Of a stretch of DNA of 64,000 bases, positions 53,122 to 61,460 are shown one piece after another; position 1 is the first letter of the stretch; every line of letters starts with the position of its first letter. The notes beneath the pieces were generated by a model, which was not told the DNA's origin, searched no databases, and saw only the letters and a list, made by a program, of their open reading frames with translations. Made by a program: the position numbers and the translations under genes. This DNA is from an uncultured Methanosarcinales archaeon (GTDB lineage: Archaea > Nanobdellota > Nanobdellia > Woesearchaeales > UBA583). The stretch is from contig CAYGPK010000003.1 of the NCBI GenBank assembly GCA_964351975.1, positions 91,617-155,616 of the forward strand, written 5' to 3'.

Positions 53122-55588
53122 TTTTTATACCCCAAAAATATATTGAATTTTTATCAATATTTAGTGATCTTGTTCCAAAATTTCTAGCTATCCTATAATA
53201 ATCATAAAATTCTTCTGATTTAAAATAATTCAAATTACTAATTTTAATATCTTCTTCAGTATTAATTAATGCTAGTGAGCCATCACAAATACTATTTTTT
53301 GGAAGAAAACTAGCTCTAGGATAATAACTTAAGTTTGGAATGATTATAGAATTACTGTTTAAAAATTTTTTAACAACAAAAGAATCAATATTATCAACAA
53401 AAGTATCATAACCTTTAATATTAATAATTTCTCCGTCACGAGACAAATTTCTTGATTTTAAAACTCTAAACTTACCTGAACTTAATTTAGTATCTTTTTT
53501 TGTTATCTGTCTATCTCTAAACGAAGTAAAAACTCCAAGTCTTAATGTTAATGTTACCTCGTCAAAGAAAGAATTTCTGTATATTAACCAATAAGGAAAC
53601 CTTTTATCAATAATATAAGATTTATTTAAATAATTTATTTCTTTAGTTATTAAAGACTCTATTTTTATACTTGAGTCTGATACTTCTAAATTCTCAACCA
53701 ATATAGAAATCGTCTCAATTTTAACTCCCTCAAATCCTGTTTCTCCAAAATCAGAGATTTTATAAATATTTAACTTCTCTAGATCATCTCTTAAATTTTT
53801 ATACTCGGGACTACTTAAAACATTCTTAGGAATAATTAAACCTACATTTTTAGAAATTTCTAAAGATTTTTTAAAAAATAGTATAAATAAATTTTTAGAA
53901 TAACTAAAATCATAATTCAAACTTAATTGTTCTTTTGAACATTTTCCAAAAGGAGGATTGCCAACTACTAAATCAAATTTTTTTTTAATTTCTTTTAATA
54001 AAAAATCAGTATTTTCAAAATAAACATTAAAATTCTTTGGTATTTTCTTTAATAAAAATAATAATTTTAAAGTTTCAATAATTTTCAAATCTAAATCAAA
54101 TAAATATAAATTAACTTTTTTAATTTTAGAATATTTTTCAATAAGTAAAGTTATTATGTTACCACAACCAACTGATGGTTCAAGAATAGAAATTTCTTTT
54201 TTAGTTGAAAAATCAGGTAAATCTTTAACTAAATTATATCCTATCTCCATAGGTGTATAATATCCTTTAAATTGATCTCTCATCAAATTTGAGAATTCAC
54301 AAATTTTTAATAATTCAGAGAATGAATAATTATTAAAATTTTTTTTTAAAAAATTATTTAAGTTTTTAGTATTAGTTAATTTTTTTTCAGAAATAATTTT
54401 TAAAACCTCTTTCTTAGTTAAGGATTCTGTTAAATATTTAGAAATATTTTTTGAAATCTTATCAAAAACTAAAGTTGGGACTGCTTCACCTAAAACTTGT
54501 CTAATATTAATTTCATGCTTTTTTAAATATTTTTTTTTATCAGGGATGCTTAGTTCATTTAATTTATCTATATTATCATTACTCCATTTAAAATTATCTG
54601 GAACTGACATAATTCTCATTAATTCTCTAATACTAAAAACTCTATCATCCCTCGGATGTATTGTCGATTGACTAGATAAGATATCATTTCTAGTATGAAT
54701 ACAAGGAGAAACTTTATTCCAATAACATCTTGAATATTTATCTCCATTTTTATTTTTATTGAAAACTATTTCACCATTAATTATTTTATGTGGTCTTTTT
54801 AATTCATCTTTATTGTCAAATGCACTTTCACCCTCTTTAATATCTGAAATCCAACTTCTCATATGCTCTGAATACTCTTTAAAATTATGATATATATCTT
54901 TGGAGTCAATTTCTCCCATAACTTTTAAAGGCTTTAAATCTCCAATTGTTTCTTTTAAAGATTTAACTTTCTCCATACTAGGAAGTAACTGAAAAGGAGA
55001 AATATCTTTTAAATTTTTTCTAACTCCTATAACTAATGTTCTAGTCCTACTACTTGGAACTCCAAAATCTTTAAAGTTATATGTGTCATAAGAAATATTA
55101 TATAAACCCCCTAAATTTTTTTCAATTGCATCTTTAATAGGTTTATTTACACCATCTAAATCAGTACATTCAGTCTTCAAAAATGCTCTAACATTTTCAA
55201 AAATGAAAAATTTTGGAGAATACTTATTTATAATATTAATGGATTCAATAACTAAAGAGTTTCTTTTTAATTCATTGTTTTTTTTATGATTTGCAACCGA
55301 CATCCCTTGACAAGGTGGTGTTGCTATAATTACATCTAATTCTGAAAGTAAACCTTTAGACTTCCATAAATTAATTTCTTTATCTAATTCTCTTTTTGTT
55401 GAATCTAATCTTATGTCTTCAGAAATATATCCTGAATTAAATTTGCAAATATTATTTGCTTTTTGAATTTCAATTCTTTTTTTTAAAATTTCAATAGAAC
55501 TAATACAATTAAAATTATTTTTATGAAACCCATAACATCCTACACCTCCACTACTAAAAAGAGTAACATAATTTAATTTTTTAGACAT
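53111..55588 (-). CDS. bifunctional DNA methyltransferase: N-terminal C5-cytosine MTase fused to C-terminal N6-adenine (gamma-class) MTase
   Basis: m5C motifs LFSSGGVGCYGF (I), ATPPCQGMS (IV), FIFENVRAF (VI), LGEAVPTLV (X). m6A motifs ILEPSVGCGN (I), VVGNPPFGK (IV). Confidence 0.85.
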   Translation of the reverse strand: MSKKLNYVTLFSSGGVGCYGFHKNNFNCISSIEILKKRIEIQKANNICKFNSGYISEDIRLDSTKRELDKEINLWKSKGLLSELDVIIATPPCQGMSVANHKKNNELKRNSLVIESINIINKYSPKFFIFENVRAFLKTECTDLDGVNKPIKDAIEKNLGGLYNISYDTYNFKDFGVPSSRTRTLVIGVRKNLKDISPFQLLPSMEKVKSLKETIGDLKPLKVMGEIDSKDIYHNFKEYSEHMRSWISDIKEGESAFDNKDELKRPHKIINGEIVFNKNKNGDKYSRCYWNKVSPCIHTRNDILSSQSTIHPRDDRVFSIRELMRIMSVPDNFKWSNDNIDKLNELSIPDKKKYLKKHEINIRQVLGEAVPTLVFDKISKNISKYLTESLTKKEVLKIISEKKLTNTKNLNNFLKKNFNNYSFSELLKICEFSNLMRDQFKGYYTPMEIGYNLVKDLPDFSTKKEISILEPSVGCGNIITLLIEKYSKIKKVNLYLFDLDLKIIETLKLLFLLKKIPKNFNVYFENTDFLLKEIKKKFDLVVGNPPFGKCSKEQLSLNYDFSYSKNLFILFFKKSLEISKNVGLIIPKNVLSSPEYKNLRDDLEKLNIYKISDFGETGFEGVKIETISILVENLEVSDSSIKIESLITKEINYLNKSYIIDKRFPYWLIYRNSFFDEVTLTLRLGVFTSFRDRQITKKDTKLSSGKFRVLKSRNLSRDGEIINIKGYDTFVDNIDSFVVKKFLNSNSIIIPNLSYYPRASFLPKNSICDGSLALINTEEDIKISNLNYFKSEEFYDYYRIARNFGTRSLNIDKNSIYFWGIKNGN

Positions 55589-55609
55589 ATTAATTTATAA
55601 GTATAACAC

Positions 55610-55617
55610 TATATAAA
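55610..55617 (-). promoter_or_regulatory. TATA box (TATATAAA) for the MTase-HNH operon
   Basis: 22 nt from minus-strand ATG 55588. Confidence 0.5.
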
Positions 55618-55724
55618 GTTTTGTTATCAGAGGATGGGTATTAACAATTACTATTTATAATTTTTATTTTAAATCAATTATAAACATTATTATGTTTAAC
55701 CCACTCTCTAGTAATTTAAAAAAT

Positions 55725-55732
55725 CTTATAAA
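55725..55732 (+). promoter_or_regulatory. TATA box (CTTATAAA) for the Lrp-like regulator
   Basis: Ends 22 nt before ATG 55754. Confidence 0.5.
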
Positions 55733-55753
55733 CCTTAAAACTACAGACTAACT

Positions 55754-56713
55754 ATGTTAGTAGATAAATGGGATAAGAAGATTCTTTATGAATTAGATAA
55801 GAATGCTAGAGCTTCACTCTCAGAGATTGGAAATTCCATTAATAAATCTAAATCCTTTGTCAAATACAGACTTGACAATTTAACTAAAAATGGAGTTTTA
55901 AGAGGATTCTTCGTCATTTCTGATTATTCAAAAAGAGGAATCGAAGCTAGAAGTTTATATCTACAGATTTATGATAATGAAGCAAAACATAAAATCATCA
56001 AATATTTACAGAAAAAACCTATTATATCAGCTATTTTTGAAACTACAGGGATTTATAAACTTGTAATTAACCTTAAAACTACATCTAAGATTGAACTTAC
56101 TCAATTTATTGAAAAATTATTAGTTGATTTCAATGATGATATTGAAAGTTATAAAATTTTACTTTCATACAGATCTTTTTCACCTGCATACAACTTTTTC
56201 CATGATAAAGATATGAAAAGAATAGTTAAGGTAAAAGAATATAACAATTCAAAACAAATACCATTATCAAAGAAGGAATTAAATTTATTTGATATAATTG
56301 CTAAAAACCCTACTATTTCTAAGACTGAAATGGCAATTAAAATGAAATCAACTAGAGAAACAGTAACTAAATTGTTTAATGAACTCTTTGAAAAAGGAGT
56401 TTTAATAGATATAAAACCATTCTTAAATTCTGATTTATTAGGTGAAGGTTATGTTAGAAAAATTTTCATAATTGAACTGAAAATGAAGGGATTTTTACAA
56501 TTAGAAGAATTTAAAAAATATTTATTAGAAAAAAATGAAGTAATTCACTTATCATTTACTATGGGTTCAGGAGACTTATTCTTTACAGGTATTTTCAAAG
56601 ATAATGCCTGTTTTAAAGCATTTGAAGATGATTTTGTAAATAAATTTAGTTCAATAATTAAAGCTGAAACTTTACTTGATTACCATGACAATTATATTAA
56701 TCCGTCAAAATAA
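55754..56713 (+). CDS. tandem-duplicated Lrp/AsnC-type HTH regulator
   Basis: Two HTH units: DKKILYELDKNARASLSEIGNSINKSKSFVKYRLDNL and LNLFDIIAKNPTISKTEMAIKMKSTRETVTKLFNEL. Confidence 0.6.
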   Translation: MLVDKWDKKILYELDKNARASLSEIGNSINKSKSFVKYRLDNLTKNGVLRGFFVISDYSKRGIEARSLYLQIYDNEAKHKIIKYLQKKPIISAIFETTGIYKLVINLKTTSKIELTQFIEKLLVDFNDDIESYKILLSYRSFSPAYNFFHDKDMKRIVKVKEYNNSKQIPLSKKELNLFDIIAKNPTISKTEMAIKMKSTRETVTKLFNELFEKGVLIDIKPFLNSDLLGEGYVRKIFIIELKMKGFLQLEEFKKYLLEKNEVIHLSFTMGSGDLFFTGIFKDNACFKAFEDDFVNKFSSIIKAETLLDYHDNYINPSK

Positions 56714-56808
56714 TAGTTCAAATATTGAATAATTTGTCTTTTTTATATCTAATTTTCTTCTTATCGTTCAAGATTTAGAAAAATACCTTTATATAGTTTG
56801 AACACTTA

Positions 56809-57930
56809 TTGTTACTATATAAAGTGACAACACAAAGCATACCTAGAATTGAAGAGAATAGTTTTGCATTAAAAGAGAGAATACTATTTTTCATATCAGG
56901 TAACCCTTTGAGTACTTGTAGAGAAATTTCAAAGAATCTTAATTTATCTTATAATAATGTTAATAGGAAAATTTTAGAAATGAAAGAACAAGGTATTGTT
57001 GAAAGAAGAAGTTTAAAGTATAAGATTTCAGATTCGTATGTGAATTATTATCAGGATTTATACAAAAACCTTATTATCACAAATAATGAGAAGGTAATGC
57101 ATTATAGTGAAAAAGAGTCTCAATTTGGAGAGATATTTAATCATTTAGCTGATAAGACCATATTAGAAGAAATTAATACTAAGATTGATTTGTATGTTGC
57201 TGAGAAATTAGATATGTGGAATAAGAAAGTTAATCAAAATACTAAAAAAGAAATAAGTAAGATAGTTAGCACAATTCAAGAAACTTTTGGAAATAGAAAA
57301 AATCTAAGAGTTTTAGATATCGGATGTGGAACTGGAAGATTAACATTCTCATTATCTAAATTTTATGATGAAGTAGTTGGTATTGACCATAATAGAAAAT
57401 ACATTAAATATTGTAGAGTAAAAAGAGATCAATTAAAATTAAATAATTTGAAATTTAGACCTGCTAAAGTTACCTCATCAATTAATGAGTTTAAGTATGA
57501 TGTAATTATTATAGGTAAAATTAATTTACATAGTATGAAAAATAAATCTGAAATTATCTCTAACCTAAAGAAGAAATTAAATAATAATGGAATTATAATT
57601 TCAATTGAACTAATTGAAAAAGCTGAATTGTTTAAATTTTTAAATGAATTTAGAGATTTTAATTTGGAGAAATATAAATTAAATAGATTAAGTTTAATTG
57701 AAGATTTCACAAAAGGAGGATTTAAAGTTACATCAGAGATTGTTGAAGATGAGAACACTTTTGAGACAAAACAAGAGATTTTAGATATCTACAAAGTATC
57801 AGCTCTTTTCTTTCAACCTTATCTTCAATGGTCTCTAGAAGATATAGATAAATTAAAAGAACATTTGATTAAAATGGTTAAACCTTTAGTTCATAATAAT
57901 GATTATTGTTTTATAGTTTGTAAAAAATAA
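56809..57930 (+). CDS. winged-HTH domain fused to a class I SAM-dependent methyltransferase
   Basis: N-terminal ILFFISGNPLSTCREISKNLNLSYNNVNRKILEMKEQGIV (wHTH) and VLDIGCGTGRL (SAM motif I). The start is uncertain: TTG 56809 or in-frame GTG 56824. Confidence 0.65.
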   Translation: MLLYKVTTQSIPRIEENSFALKERILFFISGNPLSTCREISKNLNLSYNNVNRKILEMKEQGIVERRSLKYKISDSYVNYYQDLYKNLIITNNEKVMHYSEKESQFGEIFNHLADKTILEEINTKIDLYVAEKLDMWNKKVNQNTKKEISKIVSTIQETFGNRKNLRVLDIGCGTGRLTFSLSKFYDEVVGIDHNRKYIKYCRVKRDQLKLNNLKFRPAKVTSSINEFKYDVIIIGKINLHSMKNKSEIISNLKKKLNNNGIIISIELIEKAELFKFLNEFRDFNLEKYKLNRLSLIEDFTKGGFKVTSEIVEDENTFETKQEILDIYKVSALFFQPYLQWSLEDIDKLKEHLIKMVKPLVHNNDYCFIVCKK

Positions 57931-57931
57931 T

Positions 57932-58807
57932 TTATTCTTTAATATTTCTCTTCTTTTGCCAATCTTTTCTACATTCTAAAATATATTCCAATTGTTTTTC
58001 TTTACTATAAAAATGATTTATTAAATCTAGCATTATCTGATAAACTCTATAAGCAAATATTGGAACAGACATTTCAGAATCTAAATCGCCATTCTTCTCA
58101 ACTTCAATTTTTCCTTTATTTTTAACTTTTTTAAATTTCTGTGAATTAAAATGATATAAGGTGCTCCTAATACAATTAATATAATCAATTTTATCATAAA
58201 ACTTAGTTTTTATTTTTAATTTTTTAAGTGCATTATTGTCATTTCTTAAGAAATAACCTAAAGTATAATTTCTATCTAAATTTAATTTTTTTGCATCTTC
58301 TTTGTTCAATATTCTTAAATATTCATATTTCAAAATATATTCACAACAATTTACAGCACTTGAAATACTTGCTAACCACATTCCCACTTCATAGGTAAGA
58401 TATGATTGAATTGCAAATTCTTCAATAAAGTTTTTTATAGAATACCATTCTTGTGGTTCATCAAATAAATCAGTATAAAGAGTATGAGGTTCAGGAGATT
58501 GGATTCTATATATTTTAGGCATTCTAACTTCTTTAGGAAAAATTTCAGTTTCACTTAATTGAAATTTAAGAAATCGCATATTTTGGTATTGTTGAAATAA
58601 ATTTTTAGTCATATCAATTTCTTTCATTCGCTCTTTTTGATTATTTTTTTTCTTTTTAGATTTAAGTTCTTTTTTTAATTTTTCAATTAAAGGTAAAATT
58701 GCTTTTTCATCCTTCTTCTTTTCAATTTCTTCAGGAGGAAAAACATGCACATTAGGATCAAATTCAAAAGTTCCTTGATAAATAAAATTAGGGATTTCTT
58801 TTTTCAT
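57932..58807 (-). CDS. hypothetical protein with HEPN-like Rx4H motif (tentative)
   Basis: The helical C-terminal half contains NCIRSTLYHFN (R-x4-H). No other motif recognised. Confidence 0.3.
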   Translation of the reverse strand: MKKEIPNFIYQGTFEFDPNVHVFPPEEIEKKKDEKAILPLIEKLKKELKSKKKKNNQKERMKEIDMTKNLFQQYQNMRFLKFQLSETEIFPKEVRMPKIYRIQSPEPHTLYTDLFDEPQEWYSIKNFIEEFAIQSYLTYEVGMWLASISSAVNCCEYILKYEYLRILNKEDAKKLNLDRNYTLGYFLRNDNNALKKLKIKTKFYDKIDYINCIRSTLYHFNSQKFKKVKNKGKIEVEKNGDLDSEMSVPIFAYRVYQIMLDLINHFYSKEKQLEYILECRKDWQKKRNIKE

Positions 58808-58950
58808 ATTAAATTCAAATGTTTATTATTTATAATTATTTTTATTTTCACAATAAATTTAAATAGTGGTTTAACTTATAATTTGTAGATTATAAACTAT
58901 TTTCAAAAATTCTTAATTCGAAATTTCTTCGAAAATCCAACCATTAAGTA

Positions 58951-58968
58951 GGAGATATTAATATCTCC
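58951..58968. promoter_or_regulatory. perfect 18-bp palindrome upstream of the transfer-module promoter
   Basis: GGAGATATTAATATCTCC lies 12 nt upstream of a TATA-like box (58980-58987) that precedes ATG 59007 by 20 nt. Confidence 0.5.
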
Positions 58969-59006
58969 AACATCTAGATTTTATATTTTATACTACTACC
59001 AATTGT

Positions 59007-59330
59007 ATGGTAAAAATAATTTCAATATTAATAGCCATGTTGATTGTACTACCAATAGCTTTTAGTATCGGTCAGTATGAAATGACAGAAGAAGAAAAAG
59101 CAGATGCAGACTTATTATTAAGTCCAATTTGGAAGTTAGTAAGATTAGCACAATATGCAGCGACAGGAATTGCAGCTTTAGCATACACATTTGCAGGAAT
59201 AGTATTCTTGTTTGCAGGTCAAGACCCAAGTTTAAGGGACATGTCAAAAATGATTGCAACTTACACAACAGGAGGATTAATATTCGTTTGGGCTGTTCCA
59301 ACACTGATTAAAATATTTTCAAATTTCTGA
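59007..59330 (+). CDS. VirB2/TrbC-like (or CedA1-like) small membrane protein
   Basis: 107 aa with a signal-like N-terminus plus two hydrophobic helices, a pilin-subunit topology. First gene of the module. Confidence 0.45.
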   Translation: MVKIISILIAMLIVLPIAFSIGQYEMTEEEKADADLLLSPIWKLVRLAQYAATGIAALAYTFAGIVFLFAGQDPSLRDMSKMIATYTTGGLIFVWAVPTLIKIFSNF

Positions 59331-59332
59331 GA

Positions 59333-61459
59333 ATGAAAAAATTGTTAATAATTTTTCTATTCTTGTTTTCAATTAATTTAGTATATAGTTTTGATTGTAA
59401 TTATTTTGCAGATCAAAAACTAAAAGATAATTGTTTACAAAGTATAGAAATAGATAAGGACTTAGTAGCTAATTTGATATACAAAGATTCATTATATCCA
59501 AACCATGAATTTGTATCAAGTTATAATAATAATCTTACTAGAGAGAATTATATCTCAATTATTAACAAAACAGATTCAACACTTCTAAAAAATGTATTTA
59601 CAAAAATATTAGATGTTAGTCCATCTATTGAATATAAAGGAGAGTTATTAGTCCCTAACCAAACAAATCTAAGAATAGATAATTATTATGAATATTTAAT
59701 TCCTCAAAGTTATTTTTTAAGTTCTAATGATTTATCTGACAATGGGAAAGTTTGTGGAAATCAATATAGCTTAAATAATATTTATGATGAATCTAAACTT
59801 TTCAAGAATGGAATACAAATCCCAATCTCTGAGCAATTACCAATAAGTAAAGATACAGAATTAACTCTAAATTATAATGTTGAATTATCAATGAAAATTG
59901 ATGAGTATAGATTTGATAAGTTATGTAAACACTACAAAAATAATAAATGTCAAGAGTATAAATTAATTTGTGAATATTCTAAAACAACATATCAGGTAGA
60001 TAGTATAAATGTGAATGATAGCATTACTTTAAGTTTATACAATGAATCAAGTTTACCTAATTTCATTATTGAAGATCAGTATGAAAAAACATTAAATGGT
60101 AGAATATACAACTCATCATATTCAAATTTGTTGATATACAATAATGATTCATACTATAGAGAATATAACTATAAATTTAGTGCATACTTTACAGATTTAG
60201 AATTTTTAAAAATCAAAGCTGTAGATTCAACTCACTCTAGTTTTAGAAATTTAATCAAGACAGGAACTATAGTTTACTTATCAAATTTAAGTGATTGTAA
60301 TATATTTTCAACTAACTTTTTCAAAACTAAAGAGGGTGATTGTGAATACCAGTTAATCAATAAGACAATTTCTGATTTTAAAGAAGAACCATTTAAGAAG
60401 ATACTAAGAATTTTACTAAACTTATTATTATTTGGAACTGGATTATACTTGACATATATTATAGGTAAAAAAATCCTAAAGAAAATGTTTCCATTTTTGT
60501 TTCTAGTATTATTACTAGTTACACCAGGAGTATTTGCTCAAACTCCAAACGAAGATGTAAGGGAATGTGGAATATTTGATATTGAAGCATGTTTTGATTT
60601 ATTCTTTGATAAATTGTATGGATTAATTAATGCACCAATACAAGGATTACTTGATTATGTTAAAATCTTAATGATTGAATTTCCAGATTTAGAAATAGCT
60701 AAAGGTAAATGGATGATGATGTTATATTTAGTTAATTCATTAATTGCTATTCACATGACACTTTCAGGAATTATGATGATTGTTCATTCATATGACCCTG
60801 TTAAAAAAAGTATTGCAAAAGAGAACATTTTCAATTCATTAGTAATTTTAATTTTAGCTTCAGCATCATATTATTTATATGGACTTGCAATGGAAGTTTC
60901 AGGAGCATTAACTTCAACGATATTTAATTTTGTATCTGACGACTTTCTTTTGATTCAACATTCAAGTAGTGCCATTTTGAATATGGGTAGTATAGGTGTA
61001 GATTTCGCTTTAGCATTAATATTCTTTCTTGAACTAATAATACTTTTTTTATTATTTTCAATTAGATATCTTGTATTAGGTATTGGATTAATTCTAATTC
61101 CTATTGCTATTTTTTCATATTACATTCCTAAACTAAGAGGAATTGGAGCTATCATGTTTAAGATAATTAGTTTTTACATGTTCTTTCCAGTAATTGCATC
61201 AATAATCATTTTAGGGTGTGATACAATGTCATATGCAGATGATTTGTTAGCATTGAACACAATCATACTAATTATTTGTTTTTTCATTATAGGGTATGTG
61301 TTCTATAAATTCTCAGAAGGTATAATTAAAGGAACAATAAATTTCTCAGAAATAAATAATATTGTTAGCTCACAACATAATCATCAGCACTATTACCAAA
61401 CAAAAACTGAGAAAATTGAACAACCAAAAAATAACGAGGATTTAACTAAATATATTTAA
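59333..61459 (+). CDS. large membrane protein: secreted Cys-containing N-domain + VirB6/TrbL-like polytopic C-domain
   Basis: N-terminal signal peptide, ~340-aa soluble region, one TM helix, then a second signal-like segment (LFLVLLLVTPGVFAQT) followed by ~6 TM helices. Confidence 0.5.
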   Translation: MKKLLIIFLFLFSINLVYSFDCNYFADQKLKDNCLQSIEIDKDLVANLIYKDSLYPNHEFVSSYNNNLTRENYISIINKTDSTLLKNVFTKILDVSPSIEYKGELLVPNQTNLRIDNYYEYLIPQSYFLSSNDLSDNGKVCGNQYSLNNIYDESKLFKNGIQIPISEQLPISKDTELTLNYNVELSMKIDEYRFDKLCKHYKNNKCQEYKLICEYSKTTYQVDSINVNDSITLSLYNESSLPNFIIEDQYEKTLNGRIYNSSYSNLLIYNNDSYYREYNYKFSAYFTDLEFLKIKAVDSTHSSFRNLIKTGTIVYLSNLSDCNIFSTNFFKTKEGDCEYQLINKTISDFKEEPFKKILRILLNLLLFGTGLYLTYIIGKKILKKMFPFLFLVLLLVTPGVFAQTPNEDVRECGIFDIEACFDLFFDKLYGLINAPIQGLLDYVKILMIEFPDLEIAKGKWMMMLYLVNSLIAIHMTLSGIMMIVHSYDPVKKSIAKENIFNSLVILILASASYYLYGLAMEVSGALTSTIFNFVSDDFLLIQHSSSAILNMGSIGVDFALALIFFLELIILFLLFSIRYLVLGIGLILIPIAIFSYYIPKLRGIGAIMFKIISFYMFFPVIASIIILGCDTMSYADDLLALNTIILIICFFIIGYVFYKFSEGIIKGTINFSEINNIVSSQHNHQHYYQTKTEKIEQPKNNEDLTKYI

Positions 61460-61460
61460 A

